From Candidatus Latescibacter sp. (GTDB taxonomy: Bacteria; Latescibacterota; Latescibacteria; Latescibacterales; Latescibacteraceae), in contig JAUYCD010000109.1 of assembly GCA_030692375.1 (NCBI GenBank), positions 9,221 to 73,220 of the forward strand: a stretch of 64,000 nt of DNA, read 5' to 3'. A program made the position numbers and the translations under genes. Below the pieces are notes generated by a model. It saw only the letters and a list, made by a program, of their open reading frames with translations, made no database searches and had not been told where the DNA came from. Below, piece by piece: positions 19,985 to 28,426 of this stretch; position 1 is the stretch's first letter; every line of letters starts with the position of its first letter.

Positions 19985-22312
19985 ATGAAAACAAAAATCA
20001 TCACCCTGGTAATGATCCTGTGCGCACTCTGCGCCTTCTCAACGTTCGCTCTGCAGATCGATCCCGGAACGGGGACAAGGATCAGCGACTCGACACTACT
20101 TTCCCCGGTTTGGTCGCCTGATGGTAAATGGATTGCAAGTTTAGGTTTTGATGGGAAATGGTGGTTACAATTAACCCCATCTGAGGGAGGAGCGACAGAA
20201 AAGCTCTATACTCCAACCCCTTCCGAGGGATATATCCTTGGTTTAACAAAAAAACCCTGTTTCACTCCAGATAGCCAGGAGGTCGTGTTTACCTATTCTC
20301 TCATAGATAAGAATCGGGGAACCATTGTTAACATGGTAAATGGGAGTGGGTCAATTATTAATCAAATCCCTATAATAATGGCGGTCAACATCAAATCAAA
20401 AGCCACCCGTGTTATCCGTGAGGAAGCAGAAAACGCACGATATAGTCACAACGGCCGATATTTCGCCTATGTGAATTACGACCACCGGGCAGTGACCGAT
20501 CCGGCGCATGCCGAGCACCACTACTCACTTGCTGTCTATGACACGGTTACAAAGGAGACGAAATATCTCACCGACAACCTGGGAGTTAGAACTGGAGATT
20601 TTTCTTTCAGTTCGGATGATACCTATCTTGCAGTCTATATATCAGAATCCAATGGTCCTCCTAAAATCTACCGGATCAATCTGGATGGAAGCAACACAGA
20701 AGAGATAAGCTCATCAGATAATCCCTGGAAACTACCTTTTTTCTCCACCCCGGAATGTTCTCCTGGTGGAGGCTGGATCATGTATACTGCAAGTGAATCG
20801 ACCAATACTACAAGGGCATTGCTCGTATATGACACCGCAACAAAAAAAACCACACCTGTTTTCCCGATCAGCACTGTCCAAAATACCGCTGGCACCTGGT
20901 CCCCGGACGGCAAAAAATTCTGCTGCTCCCTGGTGTTAAAGAGTACGAACAAGGGAGCACTGTATACGTATGATTTTATTGAAAAAAATCTTGGCAAAGA
21001 ACCGGTTTTGCAGGAAGTCGCCCAATATATTCCACAAGGTTTCGGCACAAAACTGATCAACATCAATTTGAATGCCATCAGCCCATCCGACAGCAGCCTG
21101 TATCAGGGAACAAAAATACTGGAAACAAACCAGCAGTTTGCAGTCTGGTCGCCCGATGGCAAATGGATCGCGGTGTCAACACCGGTTGCAAATATGATCT
21201 GGATAGTGCCGGCCGGTGGAGGCGCCCCGATCAACGTGGCTGATTTTACTCATAACACGGTCTATAAGGGATATGAATTGGCTAGTTTCGGCTCTCCGAC
21301 CGTGACGGCTTTTACACCGGACAGCCAGGAAATTGTCTACAATACTACGATCATTGATGAGTCCAGAGGCACGACTGTCACAATCACAGATGAAATCACA
21401 TCAACCGGAACCAGACATTTTGGAGTTTCTGTTATGCAGCCCATAAATGTGATAAAGGCTGTCAATATTTATACCGGCGCGATCCGCCTGGTCATGGATG
21501 CCGCATCATGGGGAACGTTTAGCCATAACGGAAAATATTTTGCATATACTTCCAGCATTACTCCTAAAGATCCCGTAACGATCAATATCCTTGATATGGA
21601 AACGAAGAAATCACGAATCTTTTATAACGGCGGAGGTCAACCGGTCTGTTTCAACAAGGATGATTCTTATCTTGTTGCAATAGCCGGACCCGGAGGGGGC
21701 TATACAATGCTGCCTTTGGGCCAGGGTGGCGAAAAAAAGGTTCCCCAATATACTACCAGCATGTCGCCTGATGACCGGTTCGTAATCTATGGAGCTCTTG
21801 CAGGGGCCGGTGTAGTCATTCGACTGTATGATATGGTCCTGGGAAAAACGATCAATGTTTTACCCGAGGGAACAGAATTTCAAAGTTGGAACGGTTCATT
21901 TTCCCCTGACGGCAAAAAGTTCTGTTATCAACTGATAAGCAAGGTTGAACCAAGCTGGACCCGCCTCTATGTCCGCGATTTCAACCCGGCGGAATTCTCT
22001 TCGATAACCAGCGTCGATATCGCCAAACCTCTTGAATTTGCCCTCCAGGGTAACTATCCCAACCCATTTAACCCTTCGACATCTATCCAATTTTCCCTTG
22101 CAAAGGCAGGGAAAGTGAATCTGACGATATACAGCGTGGCCGGCCAGAAGATACGTGAACTCTTCACGAATACCGAAATGACCCCCGGGATTCACCACGT
22201 GCTTTGGGACGGCCGCGATGATCTTGGCAAGCCAGTCTCATCAGGCGTTTACATAACCAGGCTGCACATGGGCGGGAAGGCGCTTGCAGGCCGGATGCTG
22301 CTCATGAAGTAG
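19985..22312 (+). CDS. Secreted TolB-like beta-propeller protein with T9SS-type CTD; paralogue of the BlaR1-like C-terminal half
   Basis: Signal peptide MKTKIITLVMILCALCAFSTFA after GGAGG. It shares the blocks VWSPDGKWIA and YSHNGRYFAYVNYDHRAVTDP with the upstream gene. The CTD is GNYPNPFNPSTSIQFSLAKAGKVNLTIYSVAGQKIREL.. Confidence 0.75.
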   Translation: MKTKIITLVMILCALCAFSTFALQIDPGTGTRISDSTLLSPVWSPDGKWIASLGFDGKWWLQLTPSEGGATEKLYTPTPSEGYILGLTKKPCFTPDSQEVVFTYSLIDKNRGTIVNMVNGSGSIINQIPIIMAVNIKSKATRVIREEAENARYSHNGRYFAYVNYDHRAVTDPAHAEHHYSLAVYDTVTKETKYLTDNLGVRTGDFSFSSDDTYLAVYISESNGPPKIYRINLDGSNTEEISSSDNPWKLPFFSTPECSPGGGWIMYTASESTNTTRALLVYDTATKKTTPVFPISTVQNTAGTWSPDGKKFCCSLVLKSTNKGALYTYDFIEKNLGKEPVLQEVAQYIPQGFGTKLININLNAISPSDSSLYQGTKILETNQQFAVWSPDGKWIAVSTPVANMIWIVPAGGGAPINVADFTHNTVYKGYELASFGSPTVTAFTPDSQEIVYNTTIIDESRGTTVTITDEITSTGTRHFGVSVMQPINVIKAVNIYTGAIRLVMDAASWGTFSHNGKYFAYTSSITPKDPVTINILDMETKKSRIFYNGGGQPVCFNKDDSYLVAIAGPGGGYTMLPLGQGGEKKVPQYTTSMSPDDRFVIYGALAGAGVVIRLYDMVLGKTINVLPEGTEFQSWNGSFSPDGKKFCYQLISKVEPSWTRLYVRDFNPAEFSSITSVDIAKPLEFALQGNYPNPFNPSTSIQFSLAKAGKVNLTIYSVAGQKIRELFTNTEMTPGIHHVLWDGRDDLGKPVSSGVYITRLHMGGKALAGRMLLMK

Positions 22313-22337
22313 CTTCACATTCAATCGTGTGGACAAG

Positions 22338-22366
22338 AGGCGCCCGAAACGGCGCCTCTTTAAGTA
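22338..22366 (+). terminator. Rho-independent terminator
   Basis: aagaggcgcccgaaacggcgcctcttt hairpin. Confidence 0.55.
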
Positions 22367-22617
22367 GAATGCCGAAAAGGTGAAAATTTTCCGGAATTTT
22401 TTTTGTATCTTGACAGCCTTTATTCTGTAGAGTATTTTCAATCTTAGCCTTTATATGATAAAAGAAATCCCCTCTGCCTGTCGGCATCTCCCCTTATTAA
22501 GGGGAGAATTATACGGGGCTGTCTTTTTTCCTTTGTACCCCCTTAACAAGGGGGTCGCCGTTAAACGGCGGGGGGATTTTATCCTTGAGTAAAGGATAGA
22601 TCAGGTTAATTAAATAT

Positions 22618-22881
22618 ATGAAACGTTCCTTCATTAACACTTCAACCGTTGAAGTGACTAACATATCAAAGCACGGTTTCTGGATACTGATCGGGAGCGA
22701 AGAGCTGTATTTACCGTTCAAGGACTTCCCCTGGTTCCAGAAAGCGACAGTGTCTTCCATTCTCAAGGTGGAACTTAATGGCGAGGAGCATCTCTATTGG
22801 CCGGAACTCGATATTGACCTTACCCTTGACTCGATTCGGTACCCGGAAAATTATCCCCTTATATCAAAATTCGATGCCTGA
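22618..22881 (+). CDS. DUF2442-family small protein (orphan, no DUF4160 partner)
   Basis: ..LNGEEHLYWPELDIDLTLDSIR.. resembles the DUF2442 core also seen at 52230-52505. Confidence 0.5.
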   Translation: MKRSFINTSTVEVTNISKHGFWILIGSEELYLPFKDFPWFQKATVSSILKVELNGEEHLYWPELDIDLTLDSIRYPENYPLISKFDA

Positions 22882-23074
22882 ATCCTTCTATCAAACCTGT
22901 TGATTTACCCTCACGATTTTCCTATCTTATTTTTTCCATATTATTTTTACACCTTTGTATAACGTCAAAATTCAACAGTTAATTAATTTATAGAAACTCG
23001 CCCTTGTATTGAACCCGGTTCTTCCCCTCTCTTGAAAGAGAGGGGGCAGGGGGTGAGTTTCAGGAGGTTTGAGT

Positions 23075-24100
23075 ATGATATCCATGGACGGGTTGCGCGG
23101 GCAGTTTCTCCGAGATGTCGAAACTGTGCAGTCCATGAAGGATCTGGAGTCGGTTCAGATACAATACCTGGGCCGGAAAGGGCTTCTGGCGGAGTTCCGC
23201 AAGAATGTGGATTTCCGGGCATTGAGCGAGGAGGAACGGGGCGCGCTCGGCAAGAGCTTCAACGACCTTAAAAACCTGATGGAGAACTCCCTCGGTGAGG
23301 CGAAGAGCAGGCTGGAGTCGGCGGCAACAGTGTCCGGGCCGTGCATCGACCTGACCCTGCCCGGCGCCGGGCAGTCGCTCGGATCGCTCCATCCGATCAC
23401 CCTGGTGCAGATGGAATTGGAGAACATCTTCATGAGCATGGGTTTTGCCATCGAGACCGGTTTCGATGTGGAGACGGAGTACTATAACTTCGACTCCCTG
23501 AACATCCCGTTCGATCACCCGGCAAGGGAGATGCAGGACACTTTCTGGCTGACCAACGGCATGCTCTTGAGGACTCATACTTCGGCCAACCAGGTTCGCG
23601 CCCTGGAAAAGTACGGCGTCCCCATGAAAGTCATTTTCCCAGGGCGGTGCTTCCGCTATGAAGCCATCGACGCCAACCATGAGAACACCTTTTACCAGCT
23701 CGAAGGTCTGATGGTGGACAGAGACATTTCGGTCGCCCACCTTATCAGCGTCATGAAAACCCTTCTCGCCGAAGTGTTCCACCGTGAGGTAGAAGTACGG
23801 CTGCGGCCGGGATATTTCCCTTTCGTGGAGCCCGGTTTCGAGCTGGACATCAAGTGTCTCATCTGCGACGGCGGGGGATGCCGTTCATGCAAGGAGGCCG
23901 GCTGGCTGGAGCTTCTCCCCTGCGGCCTCGTGCATCCAAACGTGCTCCGGTACGGCGGAGTGGACCCGGAGAAATGGAGCGGGTTTGCGTTCGGTCTGGG
24001 ACTTACCCGTCTGGCCATGATGAAATTCGGGATTCCAGACATTAGGCTGTTCAATCTTGGTGATATCAGGATGCTGGATCAGTTCCCGGCGACAGTGTGA
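23075..24100 (+). CDS. pheS: Phenylalanine--tRNA ligase alpha subunit
   Basis: FDHPAREMQDTFWL, FRYEAIDANHENTFYQLEGLMVD, GFAFGLGLTRLAMMKFGIPDIR; CAGGAGG RBS. Confidence 0.95.
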   Translation: MISMDGLRGQFLRDVETVQSMKDLESVQIQYLGRKGLLAEFRKNVDFRALSEEERGALGKSFNDLKNLMENSLGEAKSRLESAATVSGPCIDLTLPGAGQSLGSLHPITLVQMELENIFMSMGFAIETGFDVETEYYNFDSLNIPFDHPAREMQDTFWLTNGMLLRTHTSANQVRALEKYGVPMKVIFPGRCFRYEAIDANHENTFYQLEGLMVDRDISVAHLISVMKTLLAEVFHREVEVRLRPGYFPFVEPGFELDIKCLICDGGGCRSCKEAGWLELLPCGLVHPNVLRYGGVDPEKWSGFAFGLGLTRLAMMKFGIPDIRLFNLGDIRMLDQFPATV

Positions 24101-24120
24101 AAATAAAGTGACAAAGTAAA

Positions 24121-24272
24121 AACTGTCTGAACCATGATTCGCTTGATTTCATGATTACCATGATTAGATGCCGAAACGAGTTCGGCATGACACGTGTCAC
24201 CCTGAACTTGTTTCAGGGTCATCATGGTAATCCTTGAATCCCATGAATCATGGTTCAGACAATCTGTGAGAA
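24121..24272. repeat. Nested palindromic compound element filling the pheS-pheT spacer
   Basis: Outer inverted repeat ctgtctgaaccatgattc/gaatcatggttcagacaatc, middle inverted repeat catgattaccatgat/atcatggtaatc, and a central gccgaaac..gttcggc-atgacacgtgtca-ccctgaac..gtttcaggg core. Confidence 0.75.
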
Positions 24273-24287
24273 AGGGTTGAATTTTTC

Positions 24288-26855
24288 ATGAAACTTTCGC
24301 TCGAATGGCTCGGACAGTATGTTGACCTTGCCGACCTTTCACCAAAAGATATCGCCTATAAACTGACCATGTCCACCGCTGAGGTCGAGGATGTGGAAAT
24401 ACTGAAACGCGCGGTGAAAGGGATTATAGCCGGAGAGATTATCGAGATTGAACCCATCGATACCGGCGACAGCGGCAAACTCATGCAGTATGTCACTGTG
24501 AACACCGGCGCGGAAACCTTCAAAACCGTTTGCGGCGCGCCCAATGTGAAACCGGGCATGAAATCCGCGTTCGCCGCCCCCGGCGCTGTCATCGCTGACA
24601 ATTTTTTAGTGCAGGAGCAAAAGGTCTTCGGCCTCATGAGCCGGGGAATCCTTTGCAGTCCGAAAGAGCTGGGCTGGGGCGAATCTCACGCCGGGATAAT
24701 TGCGTTTCCGGACAGTCTGCCAAAAGGAACCGAGCTTGCCTCCCTCGTTCCCGAATACGACCATGTCATCGAGATCGACAACAAGAGCATCACGCATCGC
24801 CCCGACCTCTGGGGTCATTACGGTTTCGCGCGGGAGATGGCCGCCATCTACGGGCGTAGTCTTAAACCGCTGGAGTTGATCGATGCTTCGGAAGGAAATG
24901 ACCTGCCTCCCTTCCCCCTGCGTATCGATGACCGTGAGGGCTGCCCTGGGTATTGCTGCCTGGAAATCGACGGCCTTTCTCCGGCTTTTTCGCCGGTGGA
25001 GATGCAGTACCGTCTCCTGGCGGTAGGTCTCCGGCCTATTAACCTGCTGGTAGACTTGACCAATTACCTGATGTGCGAGCTGGGGCAGCCCATGCACTCG
25101 TTCGACGGCGAGAGGGTGAGGGATATTATCGTTGCTCCCTTCGGAAAAATCGGCGCCTACCAGACACTGGACAGTGTGGAGCGGAAGATGATTCCCGAAG
25201 ACCTGATGATCTGCGACCATGACGGCCCCATTGCTCTGGCCGGTATCATGGGCGGCGAGGATTCGGAGGTAAAAGAGGGGACTTCACGGGTGCTTCTGGA
25301 AAGCGCCAATTTCAATCCCGCCCGCATCCGGAGGACCATGATCCGTCTCGGGCTGCGCACCGACGCCGGAGTCCGGTTTGAAAAGGGACAGCCGCCCTAT
25401 CACATGGCTCTTTCCATACGGCGTTTCGTTCATCTCCTCCGCGAGGCGGGGCAGAAAGCGAGGCTCCGCTCGCAGCTTACCTGCGGGGGTGATACCGGAG
25501 AAAAAGGCCGCCTTTTGTCCATGGATAAATCGGACCTGACTCGTTCCATCGGTATGGCGATCCCTGACGGGCGGGTGCGGAAGATTCTCGTTTCGCTCGG
25601 CTTCGAATGCACGATCAACGACAAGGAGATTCTCCTTGTTATCCCGCCGCACCGGAGTGCGAGGGACATTTCCATTCCCCGCGACATTGTCGAGGAGGTA
25701 GCCCGCATCTACGGCTACGACAATATTGTCCCGTCCATGCCTGATATGAAGATGCGGTCCGGTACATTTAATACCGAACTCCAGAAACAGCATAAAATCC
25801 GCCGATTCCTGAGCCAGGCTAAGGGATTTTCAGAGGTCCATACCTACAGTTGGTATGATGACATATGGCTCAAACGGATGGCATACAACCCGGGAGAGAC
25901 GCTGACCCTGGTGAATCCCGCCGCTGAGAACAACACCCGTATGCGCCGTGAGCTTATTCCGAACCTTTTGGAACTGGTGGAAATGAATGCGGTTCACCGC
26001 GACACTATCTCATTTTATGAAATAGGCAACGTGTTCCATCCCGCTCTTCGGCAGGCTCAGAGCCCACTGAACTCTGAGCTTGTCGAAGAGTCGAATGGTT
26101 TCCGGCAAGCCATGCATCTGGGAGGAGTGGTTTATCAAACGGAAAAAATCGGGAATCTCCAGGAACTTTTCCTGCGTGTAAAAGGGACTGTGGAGGAGAT
26201 ATGCGCATTTACGAATGCGGGGATTCCGGAATTCACCGCCTCGCACTCTTCGGCAGGCTCAGAGCCCACTGATCGAGCACTGAGCTTGTCGAATCGAGCA
26301 CTGAGCTTGTCGAATCAAGCACTGAGCTTGTCGAATCGAGCACTGAGCTTGTCGAAGTCCGCCAAACCCTGGACTGTACCAGGCTCTTATCTCAATATTC
26401 ATATTGGTGATTCCTCCGCAGGGCAGATCGGGTATCTTACAGGCAATCTTTTGAACCTTTACGAGCACTTAACGCAGATTGTCTGGTTCGAGCTCCTGGT
26501 GGATGTCCTGGCCGGGCCGACTTTCCCCGATGTATTGTATAGCGAGATACCGGTGTACCCCGGTTCCTGGATGGATTTCTCCGTTTTAGCGGATAAGAAT
26601 CTGAGCTATGCCGTTTTGGGGGAAAGCATAAGGAAGTTTACTCATCCGATTCTCCGAAAGGTAAAGTACCTGTATCTTTTCAGCGGAAATATTAAGGGGG
26701 GAGAAAAAGGCCTGCCGGAAGGCGAAAAAAAAATTTCCTATACATTCCGTTTCTGGCTCGGGCTGAAGGATAGAACTTTGACTGGAGATGATCTATCACA
26801 ATTTAGGGAGTTTTTCCTTCGCTATCTGGAAGAAAACGGACTTGCGCTAAGATAA
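24288..26855 (+). CDS. pheT: Phenylalanine--tRNA ligase beta subunit carrying in-frame repeat-element insertions
   Basis: Domain order is typical of PheT (N-terminal tRNA-binding, B3/B4, B5, C-terminal). At 855 aa it is about 50 aa longer than usual because of the repeat-encoded segments ..RQAQSPLNSELVEES.. and ..SHSSAGSEPTDRALSLSNRALSLSNQALSLSNRALSLSKS.. Confidence 0.93.
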   Translation: MKLSLEWLGQYVDLADLSPKDIAYKLTMSTAEVEDVEILKRAVKGIIAGEIIEIEPIDTGDSGKLMQYVTVNTGAETFKTVCGAPNVKPGMKSAFAAPGAVIADNFLVQEQKVFGLMSRGILCSPKELGWGESHAGIIAFPDSLPKGTELASLVPEYDHVIEIDNKSITHRPDLWGHYGFAREMAAIYGRSLKPLELIDASEGNDLPPFPLRIDDREGCPGYCCLEIDGLSPAFSPVEMQYRLLAVGLRPINLLVDLTNYLMCELGQPMHSFDGERVRDIIVAPFGKIGAYQTLDSVERKMIPEDLMICDHDGPIALAGIMGGEDSEVKEGTSRVLLESANFNPARIRRTMIRLGLRTDAGVRFEKGQPPYHMALSIRRFVHLLREAGQKARLRSQLTCGGDTGEKGRLLSMDKSDLTRSIGMAIPDGRVRKILVSLGFECTINDKEILLVIPPHRSARDISIPRDIVEEVARIYGYDNIVPSMPDMKMRSGTFNTELQKQHKIRRFLSQAKGFSEVHTYSWYDDIWLKRMAYNPGETLTLVNPAAENNTRMRRELIPNLLELVEMNAVHRDTISFYEIGNVFHPALRQAQSPLNSELVEESNGFRQAMHLGGVVYQTEKIGNLQELFLRVKGTVEEICAFTNAGIPEFTASHSSAGSEPTDRALSLSNRALSLSNQALSLSNRALSLSKSAKPWTVPGSYLNIHIGDSSAGQIGYLTGNLLNLYEHLTQIVWFELLVDVLAGPTFPDVLYSEIPVYPGSWMDFSVLADKNLSYAVLGESIRKFTHPILRKVKYLYLFSGNIKGGEKGLPEGEKKISYTFRFWLGLKDRTLTGDDLSQFREFFLRYLEENGLALR
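26262..26345 (+). repeat. Four tandem copies of the 21-nt unit cgagcactgagcttgtcgaat inside the pheT reading frame
   Basis: Read directly from the sequence. The same gagcttgtcgaa/ttcgacaagctc core recurs at 26072-26088, 186-200, 350-430 and 56106-56160. Confidence 0.85.
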
Positions 26856-26861
26856 AGACGG

Positions 26862-26925
26862 TTACCTCACCCCGGCCCTCTCCTAATTAGGAGAGGGTGC
26901 CCGAAGGGCGGGTGAGGTTTTAGGT
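26862..26925. repeat. cctcaccc..ccctctcctaattaggagaggg..gggtgagg palindromic element after pheT
   Basis: Same family as 37036-37140, 40228-40345 and 48150-48270. Confidence 0.7.
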
Positions 26926-26960
26926 CAAAATAATCCGCGGCAGGGAATTTAGAGTGGGAA

Positions 26961-28277
26961 ATGAAATCACGATTCAGTTCGATAGTCACCGCTACTCGAA
27001 ATTTCCTCGTTTCGATGCTCCTCTGGACCTACGCCGGTTTCGTGCTGTTCACCTGGTATGTTGCCCGTCTGACTCCTGACTGGGCTGTTCTTCTAAGGGT
27101 GTCTGCCAGTATCCTGAACGACCTTATCTGGATACCTCTGGGAATCATCTTATGGAGCCGGGCGTTCATGCTCTTTTCCGGGATAACCGGTAAAAGCCCA
27201 TTTAAAAGCTTTATACTCTCTTTTTTCATTGTCACTGGGATTTCTCTATTCGTTATCATTTTACCGGATATTTCATTCAAATTTCTGTTTATTCCTCTTG
27301 CGCTTACCATCCTTGCATTTATCCATGCATTGTTTACCAGGCGGCATGGTCATCCAGAACTTGTTTCAGGATCTATTTTGAAAAGGTATGTTCCGCTCTC
27401 ACTGATTATTCTTCTGACTGTTTTCCATTACCGGTATCAGATGCTCCCCCATAGAATTGAGGCGCGGTCGGGTATTGATATCAAGGTCATGAGTTATAAC
27501 ATTTATTGCGATGGCGGACGGGCTGACCGTGAAAAAGCGATCGAGACTATCCGGGACGAAGGCGCCGATGTAGTGTGCTGCATGGAATTCAACATCATCA
27601 CAGACAATGAGATATTCAGCCGTGAGCTGGGCGGTCTTTATCCTTACAAAGTGCTCAGCGGAGATCCCCGGGAATCGAAAAGCGGGGCGATAATTCTTTC
27701 AAAGTTCCCTGTTACTGTCGAAAAATTGCCTGATAACAAAGGCAACTGGAGCCACCGCATCGAACTGATTCTGGCGGAAGTGGACATGAAAGGAAAGAAA
27801 ATCCATATCTTGAATTACCACCTGAAGTCTGTTGGTCACTATATCGAGTATGTTGCTGACAAAAAGCTGGATTTCAAAAAGAAAATGGATTTCGCAGCCA
27901 GAAATGAGGTGATTTTTGACCGGGAGAAGTATACCCAGGCGAAATATATCGAGAATTTGATCACCACCTCCTCGGAGCCGGTTATCCTCTGCGGTGATTT
28001 GAACGATACTCCCAACAGCCGGGCGTTTCATGTCCTGGAAAAGAAGTACACCAACACCTTTTCCGCCCGAGGCTGGGGATTGGGAGCGACCTTTGGTGAA
28101 GAGAGGATGAAGGTCAAGCTGCGTAATAAACGGTTTATTTCCTTCCTGGCTCGGGATGTGTTACGGATCGACCACATCTTTGTCACCAAAGGCATGCGGG
28201 TGATCTCCGCAGAAGTCCTGAGCGGCGCCAGGGGTTCCGATCATAAACCAGTGGTAGCGGTAGTGCAAATAAAGTAA
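26961..28277 (+). CDS. Membrane-anchored endonuclease/exonuclease/phosphatase (EEP) family hydrolase
   Basis: N-terminal TM helices; the C-terminal part has KVMSYNIYCDGG, ILCGDLNDTPNS and GSDHKPVVAVVQIK, the EEP catalytic motifs. Confidence 0.7.
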   Translation: MKSRFSSIVTATRNFLVSMLLWTYAGFVLFTWYVARLTPDWAVLLRVSASILNDLIWIPLGIILWSRAFMLFSGITGKSPFKSFILSFFIVTGISLFVIILPDISFKFLFIPLALTILAFIHALFTRRHGHPELVSGSILKRYVPLSLIILLTVFHYRYQMLPHRIEARSGIDIKVMSYNIYCDGGRADREKAIETIRDEGADVVCCMEFNIITDNEIFSRELGGLYPYKVLSGDPRESKSGAIILSKFPVTVEKLPDNKGNWSHRIELILAEVDMKGKKIHILNYHLKSVGHYIEYVADKKLDFKKKMDFAARNEVIFDREKYTQAKYIENLITTSSEPVILCGDLNDTPNSRAFHVLEKKYTNTFSARGWGLGATFGEERMKVKLRNKRFISFLARDVLRIDHIFVTKGMRVISAEVLSGARGSDHKPVVAVVQIK

Positions 28278-28426
28278 CTGTCCATCTTGACGGTTTCCCC
28301 GCTTTTGTCTAATCCACCACATACTGAATACTTCTAACAAAATTCCACACCATAAAGTAGTATTTCAGAATTATCTTTCATGGAAAAATAAGATTTATTA
28401 TATTTTTTAGTTAATTCAAAAATATA

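Noticed and set aside
22241-22487. Minus-strand ORFs 22241-22441 and 22302-22487
   Set aside because: They overlap the terminator and promoter-like spacer after the propeller gene, and they are K/R-rich low-complexity sequence.
26262-26345. CRISPR-like tandem repeat
   Set aside because: A 21-nt unit is repeated four times head-to-tail with no spacers. It lies in-frame within pheT and belongs to the dispersed gagcttgtcgaa repeat family. It is not a CRISPR array and there are no cas genes.
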